DNA of 64,000 nt, taken from Octopus sinensis (Eukaryota). Under the pieces are notes generated by a model, which was not told where the DNA came from, made no database searches, and saw only the letters and a list, made by a program, of their open reading frames with translations. The stretch spans positions 30,938,001 through 31,002,000 of the forward strand of contig NC_043020.1 in NCBI RefSeq assembly GCF_006345805.1, read 5' to 3'. The translations under genes were made by a program, and so were the position numbers. Positions 39,361 through 52,818 of the stretch are shown piece after piece (position 1 is the first letter of the stretch; each line of letters starts with the position of its first letter).

Positions 39361-39577
39361 TATTCTTTTCTACTCTGGGCACAAGGCCCGAAATTTTAGA
39401 GGAGGGGACCAGTCGATTAGATCAACCACAATATGTAACTGGTACTTACTTTATCAATCCTGAAAGGATGAAAGGCAAAGTTAACCTTGGCGGAATTTGA
39501 ACTCAGAGCACAAAGACATGAAATACCGCTAAGCATTTTGCCCAGTGTGCTAATGTTTCTGCCAGCTCCCTGCCTTG
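39361..39577 (-). mobile_element. Family B SINE
   Basis: 'gaaaggatgaaaggcaaagttaaccttggcggaatttgaactcagag...aaataccgctaagcattttgccc...ctgccagctc'. Confidence 0.85.
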
Positions 39578-41829
39578 AGTTCGAAGCATATTATTATCTG
39601 GCATTCCAATGACTGCAAACTTATTGTTTATTGCTTAACTCCAAGGTCTCTTCATTCTAGCTACTAATTCCACATCTACAACTTCTCTACATCTTCCAAA
39701 GACACCCCTTTGAGTAATAGGTCATCAGCATCTTTGAGTCCTCATAGACCATCAATCTTGAACTCTTGTGTTACAGCTCAGAGAATAATAGGAAGAGCAT
39801 GAGAACTAAACTGGTTGTAAACTTCATTTCACTCAGACAAGACATTCATCCAAACCCAGTTTCATTAGAGACCACCAGACCACAGCTTATTGTACTTGCC
39901 TGGGCCTTATCCATTTCTAAGAATGTTTAGTAGAGAAGCTTGCCCTTAGTAAAAAAGAAAAATTGTACATTAATTGTCCAAAAGACATAAAAAAACCCAA
40001 AAAAACATCAGTACCACTTAGAACTGGTACAAACCCAAACTGCATCTTATCTTAGACGAGTCTCTTCATAATCAGTTACACTATGATTGTACTTATTCAC
40101 TTTCATAAGTTAGTCCATCATTTGGTACATCTATAAGATGCTTCTTTCTAGAACATTCACATTGCCTTTGTGGCAATTGGTAATGATACTGCAATGTCAA
40201 TCATTGGGAATGACACCTCCAAGTATCATGCAGTCAACAATGAGATTGAACAGCTTAAGTACTAAACACACATATGTGTAGCTTAGCTATACATAAACAT
40301 ACATAGATATGTGCATGTGTGTGTATATATGTTGTTCCTTGGCTGGCCAGCTCTATGTCAAACTGTCCATCCCATGCCAGCATGGAAAACGGATGTGAAA
40401 TGATGATGATGTGTGTGTGTATAGGTACAGGCATGAATATGCACAGGCATCAGCAATAACCACAGGTATGCTATGTACTAAGAAATTTGCTTCAGTCTCA
40501 CTATGTACTACCTTGGCCAAGCTAAGACATGTGAGTGGATTTGGTAGATGGAAAGTAAAAGAAGTTCATTATCATGTGTTTCTGTCTCATTGCCTTGACA
40601 ACATGAAGGATGTCCAGCTGTAGAAAATCTGCTTCAATAAATTCTGTCCAACTCATACAAGGATGGAAAACTGAATGACAAAACAATGATGATATTTACA
40701 CACACACACATCATTATTATTTAATGTCTGCTTCCTTTGACATGAACTGGCAAGCCAGAGCACTGTGCCAGCCTCTGGTGCTTAATTTGGCATAGTTTGT
40801 ACAGATGGATGCCCTTCCCAACACCAATCACTTTTATAGCATGTACTGGGTGCCTTTTATGTGACACCAGCAAGGTCACCAAGTAAATCACACGTCAAAA
40901 CTGAAGAGGCAATAACTAGTGAGCAGGGGTGACTCTGTGCCAGATGATGAAAGGTCAGAGTATGATAGAGGGATAAAAACAGTGCCTTGCAGTAGAGGAA
41001 GAACATGGCTACCCCAACTGGTAGGAGAGAGAGAGAGAGAGAAGATAGTAAAGAAAATTATATGGGCATACATTCAAGTTACAAGAGGGTGTATAAAAGT
41101 GATGTAATAGAAGGCAGGAAACAAACACTGCTTTCCTGGTGGTGATGTTCATTTATAACCATCAAATATATATATGTAATTAAAAAAATGACAAAGAAAC
41201 AAGAAATTATGCAATGAACTTAATTAGCATACAATGAAGGCACTTCATTTTCGAAGCTCTGAGAAAGATATAAGGTGATGCACATGCCCTCAGTGCACTG
41301 CATCTTACAGCAGAAACAGCTGCATGCTAATGAAGGCCATTGCATAATTTCCTCTTTTTGCCTAAGTGAAAATATCTCGTTTCTCTGTTTTTTTCGTTGT
41401 CCGAAAAAAAAGTTCATTTCTGTTTTCGTTTCTCATTGTGTTCAACATTTTTTTGATGTCCTGTACCCATATATACATGCATATATAGGTATGTACATAT
41501 ATGTATGTATATATTTCTATATTGTTTATATTATTATAAATAGAAATACATACATATGGATATGTTTACACATATCTGTCACCTTTAACTTGTTTTAGTC
41601 ATTGGACTGCAGCCATACTGGGGCTTGATGAGTTTTATTACAGATAATCAACTCCAATACCCATCAATCTTTTTTGCTGAACTGCTAAATTATGGGTTGT
41701 AAACAAATGAACAATGGTGGTTGACTTCAATGGTTTAATTCATGCCAATGAAGAAAATGGATGTTAAGTGATGATCATATAATAACTACATATACATACA
41801 CACAAACATGAACATATATATATATATAT

Positions 41830-42200
41830 TCTTTTACCTGCTTCAGCCACCTGACTGCCACCATGCTGGAGCACCACCTTCAGTCAAACAACTCAACCCC
41901 AGGACTTATTCTTTGTAAGCCTAGCACTTATTCTATCAGTCTCTTTTGCTGAACCTCTAATTTACGGAATTACGGGGACATAAACACACCAACATTGGTT
42001 GTCAAGTGATGGTGGGGGACCAACAAACACACATGTATATATATATATATACGACGGGCTTCTTTCAGTTTCCATCTACCAAATCCACTCACAAGACTTT
42101 GGTTGACCCGAGGCTAAAGTAGAAGATACTTGCCCAAGGTCCCATGCAATGGGACTGAACCCAGAACCATGTGGTTGGTAAGCAAGCTACTTAATACACC
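41830..42200 (-). mobile_element. Family A SINE, complete
   Basis: Reverse complement of the full head-microsatellite-tail structure. Confidence 0.85.
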
Positions 42201-43895
42201 CATTATATATATATATATATATATATATATTATCATCATCATCGTTTAGTGTCCATCTTCCATGCATGAATGGGTAGGACGGTTAACAGCCAGGTAGAAA
42301 AACTACCCTAGGCTACTGTCTGTTTTGGCAGGGATATTATGGCTGGATGCCCTTCCTAACACCAACCACACAAACAAACATACACACACATATATACATA
42401 CGTATTTATTTCATTGAAATTGGAACAGAAGTTGATACTTTTCATATTAAGAAGTACTCAATACAAAAAGACATCATTATCATTTAATATCTTTTATGCT
42501 GGCATGGATTGGATGCTTGTACTCACACACACATACATACATACCATATATATATATATATATATATATGAATGAACATAGTCAGTACAATTTTAGTTCA
42601 TCGTAGAAAGATATTAAATTAATGAGTGTGCACAACAACTAAAGAAGTAGTAGGTGCAATGACTTTGTATATGTAAACAAATGGGAAGAATGGGTCACAA
42701 AGAAAACATGGAATAATTATGTAAGTCACACAGATAGAACATCGATTTTCAAGAACCCTTGCTTCCAAAGCCTTCCCGGATTACCGATGTTTCCGAATCA
42801 GGTATGGTCACCTTCGTCAATACACACCAATTTTCTTTAAGTAATTAAATAAAATACAGGTACCTATACATTAATATAAATTAGTGTGGATTAAAAGAGA
42901 TTCCGCACAATTAGCGTCCGGAATAAGGCCTGACTGAGGAGAAATCTATGATAGAAGACAACCCAACCATAATCATCCAGTCTTTTTCTGTCTCCAGACT
43001 TTGTGTGTAGCAGACTTCCTTAAGATGGTAGATTGTGACTTGATGGAAATTTGGGGTTTTGTCGAGCCACTTCTTACAGGCTCTCACGTCGACCTGAGTG
43101 TGTGTGTGTGTGTGTGTGTGTGTAGGTAGATACACAAGAATGGATATGTAGATAGATAAATAGATAGGTAGACATAAAATAGAGAGGTAGGTATATAGTT
43201 AGACATCAATGTAAATATTACACAATCCTGCGATCAGCAAGAATCACTGAGGTCGAAGTATATTAGAAAAGGTTTCAATCAAGACACCTAAGACAAACGC
43301 ATATACAAGACTTGCATATCATTACATACACAGTGTGTGTGTGTATATATATATATATACACACATACATATCTGTACATATATGTAGACACAAACATGT
43401 ATATACACACACACACACACAGAGGTTACCAATGGCGGCGGGCAAGGCATCAAATCCTACACACACACACACACAAGACAACAGCCGAGTGTTTTTTGGT
43501 GCAGTATAAATTTAAACTAGCGATCGAACATCAGTTAGTGCATTGTAATTGTTATATAAAGTTGTAATTCATTAAAATGTAATTACTGTGAAAACTATAT
43601 TTTTTTCTTACAGTAAACAGAACTTTTGTGGGATTTTTTTTTGTTAAGATAAAAAGAAAACTTAGACAACACATCAAGTCACTAACAACACGCGTATACA
43701 AACACATTTGCGTGAGTGTATGTGTACATCCCTGTGCATATATACTCAAATATATAATTATTTATACTCATATGTGTGTGTGTATATACATAATCATATA
43801 AATACGTATACATTTAATCTTATATATATATATATATACACACACACACAAGACGTAAGTAAATATCTGAGTACGTATATAATCTTATAAAGCTG

Positions 43896-43942
<47 letters not shown>

Positions 43943-45194
43943 TGCCTGTGTGCCTAAGCGTGTACCGAATAGGGTCTTACACATTGTGCAAAACCATCAA
44001 GAAAATATACATAAAATATTATTAGTCAAATAATAATAATATTTAACTAATAATAAAATATATCCGAAAAATAATATATATATATATATATATACACACC
44101 GAGAAAAAAGAGAGAATGAGTGAAAGGGAGGAAGAGAGAGAAACGCAGATATTTTCATAGGAAGCTTTACAAAATAAAAATATAAACATATATGTAAGTA
44201 ATAATATATATGTATGTCTAAAAAGAAATATACACGCATCATGTGTGAAAGTGAATGACTGTGAAGAAGCATGAGAGAGAAAATGTCTAGCGCTTCTTCC
44301 AAAGAGCAATCTAACTATTATTACAAAGGTTACATATGTATATTGGTCTAAATACTTACCATTTTTGTTGTGTGAAAATAAAGGGTATAAATGTATATAT
44401 TTGTAAACTTCGCAAGTCAAATGCGCAGTTTAATAATCAATGAATTATGCATGTAGTTCCCGTTACATTAATGATACACGAATGAACTAAAAACTGGTTA
44501 AGTGTGTCTATGGATGTATGTGTATGTGTATATACACGTACGGGTTTCTGTATGTGTGAAAATGTGTGAAAATGTGTGTGTGTGTGTAAGGTGAACTGTT
44601 TGGTTCAGGGGGAGATAATTCGTAATAGGAACCACGAGAGAAGAAAGGAAGAAAGGAGAATAGAAACGGAGTTGTAGGTAGGAGAAGGTAATTTAATGAC
44701 AATGTTAATGGTGATGGTGATTATGATGCTGATGACGAGGAGGAGGAGGAGCTGAAAGGAGGAAGAAAATAAAGGAAAGGTTTGTTTAGAGAATGAGTGG
44801 AGAAGTAGTATAACGATGAAGGAGAGGGAAAAAAGCGAGAAGAAAGGAAATAAAGAGAGAGGATGAGTGAATGGTAGTACGAGGATAGGGGAGAGGAATT
44901 GGAAGAGGGACAGCCGAATGAAAGAAGGAGGCTTACTTAGACTATGGTGGTAACAAGATTTGGTTGAGAGGAGAAGGAAGAGCGAAGAGAAGAAACAGAA
45001 AGAGACATATAGAATGATGAAGGGGAGGAAAAGTAAAGTTGAGAAAAGGGGAAGATTGGAAACTTGGTGTGCTACGTCACCGAAATATGTGTTGACGTCG
45101 GAATCCGCGAAAGGTTACAGTTGTGATGTTCATGTGTGTAGTCGTGTTTGTGTGCTGAGAGGTTTGTTTTCTAATGACATAGTTTTAGGTTTAG

Positions 45195-45490
45195 GCCTTG
45201 TGCATGGCATCCTGGGCAGGTATCTTCTATAGCCTCGGGCCGACCAAAACCTTAAGGTGTATGAATTTGGTGGACAGAAACCGAAAGAAGCTTCTCGTGT
45301 ATGTGTGTCCCACTGCCGCTTGATAGCACGTCATGGTTTGTTTTTGTCCCCATAATTTCGCTGTTCGGCAAACCACATCGATAGAATAAGTAGCAGGCTT
45401 AGAAGTACTGGGCTCGAGCCGTTCAACTAAAAACTCTTCAAGGCGATGCCCCAACATGGCTGCAGTCCGATGACGGAAACGATAGAAGAT
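45195..45490 (+). mobile_element. Family A SINE, CpG-intact, 5'-truncated
   Basis: 'tatagcctcgggccgacc...gttcggcaaaccacatcgatagaataag...ggcgatgccccaacatggctgcagtccgatgacggaaac'. Further pieces at 45890-46040 and 46320-46470. Confidence 0.8.
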
Positions 45491-46035
45491 AAAGAAGCGC
45501 ACCTCTTAAACGGCTTCAAGAAATCCGGGAATACTGTGCGATATCATGCAATATACTGTACTGTGTATTTAGTAAACAAACCGTTTCTGAAGTTGCTTAA
45601 TTTGAATACGGTGTGTTAAAAATAGTTTTACTCTTTCTAAAATAGATTGCTTAAAATTGAACACACTCTGCTTTAGAATTGTATTAATTTGTTTATGTAT
45701 CTGTTAAATAAAATTATGTTCTTTACATTTGCTTTTAATTTTCATTCATGGTACACTATGTTACATATTTATTAAGAAATTTTAGTGGATTAATAAATAT
45801 CAAACAGACACTACCGTAGAAGTGTATTAATTTGAATTTATTAAAAAAATTTAGTCCTTTACTTTTCGTAGTGTGCTTTATATTTGTAGATAACTGTGCG
45901 AAGTTGTGCTTCCCAACCACATGGTTCCGAGTTCAATCTCACTGCGTGGCGCATTGGGCAAGTGTCTTACTATTGACCTGGTCCGGTCAAAGTCTTGCGA
46001 GTGATTTTGTCAGACGGAAACCCAAAGAAGCCGTC

Positions 46036-46105
<70 letters not shown>

Positions 46106-46963
46106 TAATCAGCCGAAATTGCTAAGATGATCCGGTTCTTGACTGAAGATTGAAGGCTTCGAATGTCCCGTCCGTGTTTTTTGTATCGTCTTCTAAATGT
46201 TTCACGTTCTTGTCCCAGTTTGTATTTTTTTTACATTTACATATATATATATACACACACACACACACGACGATGTGTGTGTATATATATATGTATATAC
46301 ACACACGACGATGTGTGTGTGTATCTTTGTTTGTCTCCCATCTCCGGTTTATATTCCTGTTAGAGGTTCGGTTAAAGACAGAATAAGTATTAGATTATAA
46401 GAGAAAAAAAGGTGCTGAGGTCGATTCGTTCGACTAAAATCCCAGCCGCAGTCGAATAACCGAAACACGTAAAAAATATACAAAAGCGAGATATTTAGAG
46501 TCTCCCAAAACAAATAAAAATTAGGAAATACAGAAATCTGGACACTTCCGGTTTCAAGCTTGCCGGATTTTTGGCCTGATACTCTACTACATCATTAATT
46601 CGGTTTCGGAAAGGAAAAAGTTTTGCCAGTTTTAAAAAGCTGTATTGATGTGGGTGAGAGAAGAGAAGATTATACATGTCAGTGTCATTATAGCAGTGAT
46701 ACACACAAATCTGTCAATTTACATTTTTTGTTAGCCAACATCGAAGCACACACACATACACATGCCCCTGTTTATTATAAGTGTGCAACGATCAGAAATA
46801 GGGCAAATACTAAGAATTCCCTTTTGTTACTAAATTCAAGCTATGTAATTTATTATTTTAAAAAATCTATTTTCTGATTCCGTCTTTTTTTGGTTCCGGA
46901 GTTTCTATTGTTTTCGTTTTAAATAAATAAGTATTCTATTCGCAATAACACCGATCTATCTAA

Positions 46964-47015
<52 letters not shown>

Positions 47016-47196
47016 TATATATATATCTTTACTAGGAAAGGCCGGTTTATGGGATTACTTTGAGTTTCCCGTCCATAAATGGTTTAATTTTATGGCTTAT
47101 CGTCAGACCCCAAAACCTGTTGGCTAAAACTGCTCGCGACAACTTAGAGTGTGATTCTTCTTCGGATTTATGTTTTCTACAAATGATATAGATATG

Positions 47197-47265
<69 letters not shown>

Positions 47266-47584
47266 ATATATGTGTGTGTGTGTATATATACATATATACA
47301 TACACACACACATACATATATATATATAGAATGTGGCAGTCCTATAACGGACGATGTTATTATTGTATTAGCCCCAAGAAAACCTCTTTTCCAGCTGACT
47401 ATTGACACACAGTTTGTGTTCGTATGGCATTTGCAAAGGAGGTCATCGCTCCCATCTCTAGCCTTATGTGATACTCACAGGCCTAAGCTGGTGACCATGT
47501 GTGTGTTTGTGTGTGTGTACAGAGTACGGTGAATAAATTATCGTCTAAATTATGAAAAAACGAAAATAACACCGACTGCTCATT

Positions 47585-48140
47585 TTTACAGATATTTTTT
47601 TTTACCAAAATTACATAAAAATATCTTGAAATATCTAAAGAGTAAATTTATTCAATAATATCACCATTGGCTTCAACCACAGCCTCCAGACGACTTTGGA
47701 CTCTCCTGCTACTCTTCTGGATAGTCTCCTTGTTTAAGTTGGTGAATGCTGCCATAATCCTTGCCTTCTGTTCATCTTTGGTGTTACAAACAGTTTTGTT
47801 GGTCTCTTGTTCAACTGTGTCCCGCACATAATAATTAAGGGGGTTGCAGTCTGGGGAGTAAGGTGGCCAGATGTGATCGCAGAAATTATCTGATATCCAT
47901 GACTAGGTTCTCCTGCTTGTGTATCATGGCGCAAAATCCCGTTGCCAGGCATATGGGTCTTCCAGCAGCCACCCTCTTGTCCCAAGTCAACACTACCTCC
48001 TCCAGGCACTTGATGTGGGCCGCTGTGTTGCGTCTGAGGCCATGTGGGAAAGCATTGCGTCACCATCACTAGTGATCACTTCAAATACCATGATGTTGAC
48101 TGGATGTTTGGTTTTTATCACTCTCGGTACATATTTTGGG
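47585..48140 (-). mobile_element. 3' half of a second maT (DD37D) transposon
   Basis: Reverse-complement homolog of about 8940-9490 (HPVNIMV..VITSDG, CLEEVVL, ETNK..CNTKDE.KARIMAAFTNLNKET). Confidence 0.9.
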
Positions 48141-48494
48141 GACACGGCAGACACTCGTATTGATAATCAAACACTGAAATGTTCGTATCGGCGCTTCTGG
48201 GAAATGAAAAGAGGCTTACCTACCTACCTCTCTTGTCTGCGCCTGTCTAGTAGTCTCTCCAGCGATCCTGCCCTACCCTGTCTCCCAGTATAAGCGGCTG
48301 CTACCTGACCAACCCGGGAGCGAATTCCCTGACGTCCGTTTACGAAGCGTGCCCCAAAGTCTGTGCATCTATTCACATAAGAATCGCAAATGAAGAATTT
48401 TTGGAATGTCATACAAATACTCACATTGCCACTAATAGATTAGATTTTAAGAATCGGAATCAGTTTATGTTCTTTTCCGTGAAACCGAGTATTT

Positions 48495-51400
48495 CTAGTT
48501 TGTTTTTTTTGTTTTGTTTTTTTTTTTGCGAAAATTTGTTGGTATATAACCTAATTCACCTATGATAATAAGTACAAATGAGAACTCATAGGCAGAGTAC
48601 AAGAGTTGTAAGTTCCGCATTAATTCGCCATAAATGTACTCTTTTCCTGGACTTTTCATTGTACATTCACATCTGCTGGACAGCTGACCTCTACAATAGC
48701 GCATGACTTTCGTTACCTCTCCCATAAAACAATATCAGGTCTCTTATGTTTGCAACGAATTGATGTTTTGATTTGGATGTCCCATCAATATTCCTTGTTT
48801 TTAAAGGTGTGAATACCTGCTGGTTCTGACATACCTTTGATATATACGTCAGAGCAGTCCTCCCTGCGGAGAGCATTGTAAATAGCCTTTACAACTATAT
48901 CATACCTCAGGAGCTGGTAGTATCTCGCAGATATTTTTGGGCAGTTGCTGATGATGTGGATCATATCTTTCTCACAAGTATAGCAGAGCTGACATCTTTT
49001 ATCACAACGTGGAGGTTTGGTGGAATCGTTGACCCTCTTGTTTATCAGGTATTTAGTAGCTGGATAGCGAAGCCATAACCTTCTGAGTGGAAAACAATGT
49101 ATTTATCGCAAGTCCAGGAGAGGTTACTCTTCTTGTCAATGATATCGTTGCACTCTAGCTTACAGGTTCTGTACCCCTGCATTGCTTTTTGCTGGTATGA
49201 TGCCTGCTTCTTCTCCAGGATTTTGTTTAAGTAGATCAGTCTGTCCTTTTTTGGGTCGCATCAGAGTTATATTCTCAGAATACCTGCACAGTTGTTCTTC
49301 TCCAACTCTGAAGATATTGTTCTCACTTTTGAGTATGCATAGAATGTATTCATTTCTTGTTTTACTGTTCGGCAGGTGTTGTGTGAGTGATACAATGCGA
49401 CATTCAAAGGCTGTTGGGACTGACCTTATGCATCGACCACCACCACTTCGTTTCACGTAAACCCTATCGGTGTCAGTTAATATGGAAGTTATCAGTGGTG
49501 GTCAGTATTTGTCTGGTTTTGATGTCCAAATTGCATATCTCACCGAGTGTCCAATTCAATATCCCAAATGTTGGTACTAACACTGGTACTGCAAAAGCAT
49601 TATGAGGTATGTCCTTGTTAAACGCAAACATTGTGGTGTAGGTAGATAAATAGTCGAATGATCTCCCTTGCAAGAAAGATCATCGACTAACCCCTAAGTT
49701 TCTCGAAGCATCTGTGTCATGAGACGTGATTCTTAATTATTCAAGAAGCTTAGCGTTTCTCTTGGAAGTTTCTAGAATGGCTAACGTTCCATTAATTAAA
49801 ACAGCTTGCTAAACCATCTTTTCGCTGCTTAGTCGATTAGACTTAGAGCTATCTACATCGTTGCTATGTACGTCTATTTCTCTACGCCACCACTTAGATG
49901 TTATTCTATATTTTCTATCTCTGCATTTCCTTGCATAGATTACTTCATTCAACTAGTTTCCACAATTTGATTCCATGTATTTTCATCGAGAGAAGAATAA
50001 AATATATCTTTATGTAGTAAATATATAGATCTTGAATTTATTCTCTTCATCTCTCAATGAATTCTTGTAATAACATATATGCAGCCACATCAATACCTTG
50101 TACTGACTATATATTCCACTACACAGACAATTTCTATATTTTCCGGGGTCTACAGAACTCTTTTATCATTCTGGCTTTAGTCACAGCACCAACATATGCA
50201 ACATCCTCATCGATTCCAAGGTATTTGTAGCTTTCGTCATTAGAGATAGAGGAGGCAGACAAGCCATTGATGTACATGTTCTCTGCCTGGTCGACAACCT
50301 TTCCTCGGTTGACACGTACGAGCATTTATCTTGCCCAGACTCCATTCTTATATCTCATGTGAATGTTGCGACTATTTCTAATTGTTCCTTGATTTTGGTC
50401 ATTTTACCAAAATATAGCTTTCAGTAATCAACAAAAAATGTGTGAGCAACATTAACTTAATTTTTTTCTGCATATCTTAGCATGTAGCCTTGTTATTTTG
50501 TTAACAGGGCTGACAAAGGACTCACTACCAGTACAAACAGCATTACAGATAGACTATCACCCTGGATTGACTGTCACCCTGTTGATAGCTTAATTCTGTT
50601 TGTGACAATAGGTTTTGCTCTAGTAGTTGTCAGTGATAATTATGTGGACCATGCTGTGGTCAGTCTTTCAATGGCATTCCCGATAGCAGCTGGTACTTTA
50701 GCAAGATGTAGTGATTCTATTATCCACTCACGGGGCACAGAATCGAACGCTTCCTTGTAATCTAGCAATATCGCAAAGAGGTTATGGCAATGTTGCTTGG
50801 CTTCCTTAAGGACAGCTTTGTTGAGGAGGTGCTGTTGAGCACAGCCCGAGACTCTTTTCTTTCCTCTTGCCTCTTCATCGGTTATCACTGCGTTTGTTTG
50901 GCAGGGATCTTGGAGAAACATATTCAGACAGCCTGGATACAGTTTATACATAACATTTAGGTATACTATGGGCCTACAGTTTTTGGCCACACATGGGTCT
51001 TTGTTCTTGGGGATAAGAGTAGTCTGAGTAACCGTCAGCCAATCTGGTACATCTAGTTCAGCATGTTATTTTTTTAAACAGGATCGCGAGAATTTCCCCG
51101 TGGAAAGTTTTTTTTTTGTTTGTACCAGTAGCCTACTATCAGGTATCTTCCAGGTGATTTTTCATTCGGCAGTTTCATAATAAGCGCCAGGAGTGTTTCA
51201 CTGGTAATATAGTATATTTCGGGAGAGGCATTTACGCAATACTCAGCTCGTAGGTCGTTTAACCATGTTGCATCGCGGTTGTGTTCTTCGTTTGCATTTC
51301 AGATTCCCTACAAAATGATTCTAAGTATGCCCGGAGAGAAGCATGTATTATCATGATTGTATCACCTTTCATATTGTGATATACTGCTTGTGGGTTTCGG

Positions 51401-51660
51401 GCAAATTTGCAGTTTATCATGTTTCGTTCATAGAATGTTTGACAATAACGAAGGTTTTCACTTATCGCTTGGAGATTGAGGGTGATAAGTTTTCCTGTGA
51501 GCGTTTCTCGGCAGCTGTTCCCATACAAATTGGAGAATCTATCATGCAATCGTAGCTGGCGATTCGTGAACTCATTTTTAGCTTTGCATTTGATGATAGT
51601 GCCCAACTGTCCTATCTTTTTCGTGAGTCCGTTGATGTTATTTTGGATGGAGACAATCCA
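48495..51660 (-). mobile_element. Decayed non-LTR retrotransposon with C-terminal restriction-like endonuclease (R4/Dong-like)
   Basis: Ordered fragments: ENLRY..FYERN..F..NPQAVY; RT NCRPIVYLNVMYK...LDYKEAFDSVPREWI; QVDSLS..LF; YKYLG; HNAFAVPVL..FGILNW..LDIKTR..LT; GGGRCI; CQLC..HIISNC (CCHC knuckle); terminal ELMRNLQLL...IIIGELGYIP. Many stops and frameshifts. Confidence 0.8.
49632..50125 (+). mobile_element. About 490-bp insertion in the R4-like ORF, possible solo LTR
   Basis: Interrupts the host reading between RPRKI and FNKDIP. TG...CA ends (TGTAG at 49637, CTACA ending 50123), internal hairpin near the 5' end, AATAAA near 49996. TSD is ambiguous (caaaca / cagaca). Confidence 0.45.
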
Positions 51661-52608
51661 TTTTGGCTCTTGTTATTTAGGAAGAAGATAATCCATTTTT
51701 TAGTTCTATGTATGCATGTATGTATGTATGTATGTATGTGTCGTTACCACTTGTACTAGAGCTGATTGGCTAACTGCTTGGAGCTGTATGTGACTGCTGA
51801 TGTTGGAAGCTACTGTGAGCTTTTGGGTGCTGGTTGTTATTTCTAGCGTCGAATGTCAACGGTTGTACATATAAGAAAACGAACAATCTTTTATTCTTGT
51901 TGAGAAATTTTGGATATTATTGTTCTTGGTGTAATTGAAATAGTATTACGACAAATGTTGAACAAATTACCGTTGTGTGTGTGTGTGTGTGTGTGTAAAA
52001 GGAGTGAGATGCTCCAATAATGCCATTGTCGCTATAATCGAAGTTTACATGCTAAATTTGGCTTTCATCCTTACAAAGATGGTGGTAAAATAAATACTAA
52101 TTATGTACAGGATTCAATCAACTACTTACTAGTCACTCCATCTTCGGGGAAAATAAACATGTGGCCTTGAAACAAGGCATTTGAGACGTTTTTCCGTTCA
52201 TTTCTTAAAAAAAAGAAAAGAAGAAAAAGTGAGAGCGAGAGAAGCACGTAAAGTCGAAGAAGACGTAACTCGAAACAACGTAAGTTGATCTCTTCCTTAC
52301 ATACGTCTCTGTTTCTCTACATAGGTCTGAACTGAAATTCGCGTCGAGGTCGAATTAGTTTTCTATCTACGAGAGTAATTTATAACAAAGTACCAGTAAA
52401 AGAGATCAATTAAATAGACTATTTTCCTACTTGAAAAATCTGACGTTGTGATTCTGTTTTTTAAAAATATCAATATTTAGAAAGAAAGGAAAACCGAGCG
52501 AATCAAACTAAATATTCATGTAGAAAAATGTTGGGGGAATCAACACGAGAGATATAATTCGGCATAAGTTGGTGTTGTAATGTTAGTACAAATTAAACCG
52601 TGATCGAG

Positions 52609-52818
52609 CAAAACTACGTAGGTACGCCAAATTTGAAAAACAATTGGAACAAAATAGAAATGATCCCAAGATGGTCCACTCCCGCCAAAAAGATGAAATG
52701 GTCTCGACTGGCTTTTGTTCAAAGGTTTGTTCGAGGATCTTTTCTGTTTCGTTCAGTTTTCAATTCTTTGAATTTTGTTCCAATTGTTTTTCACATTTGG
52801 TATACCTATGTAGTTTTG
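52609..52818. repeat. 210-bp foldback / MITE-like element
   Basis: Arms 52609-52655 and 52772-52818 match at 43 of 47 positions as reverse complements. Confidence 0.8.

Noticed and set aside
46143-46175. Hammerhead-like CTGAAGA...GAAT motif (also weak motifs near 12152, 22324 and minus-strand 34330-34357)
   Set aside because: Each lacks at least two required elements (GAAA, a formable helix II, or a helix I adjacent to the cleavage triplet).
48224-48424. GC-rich minus-strand ORF ending near a GTAG|GTAAGC donor
   Set aside because: It is wedged between two transposon fragments and has no recognisable homology; a decayed retroelement end explains it equally well.
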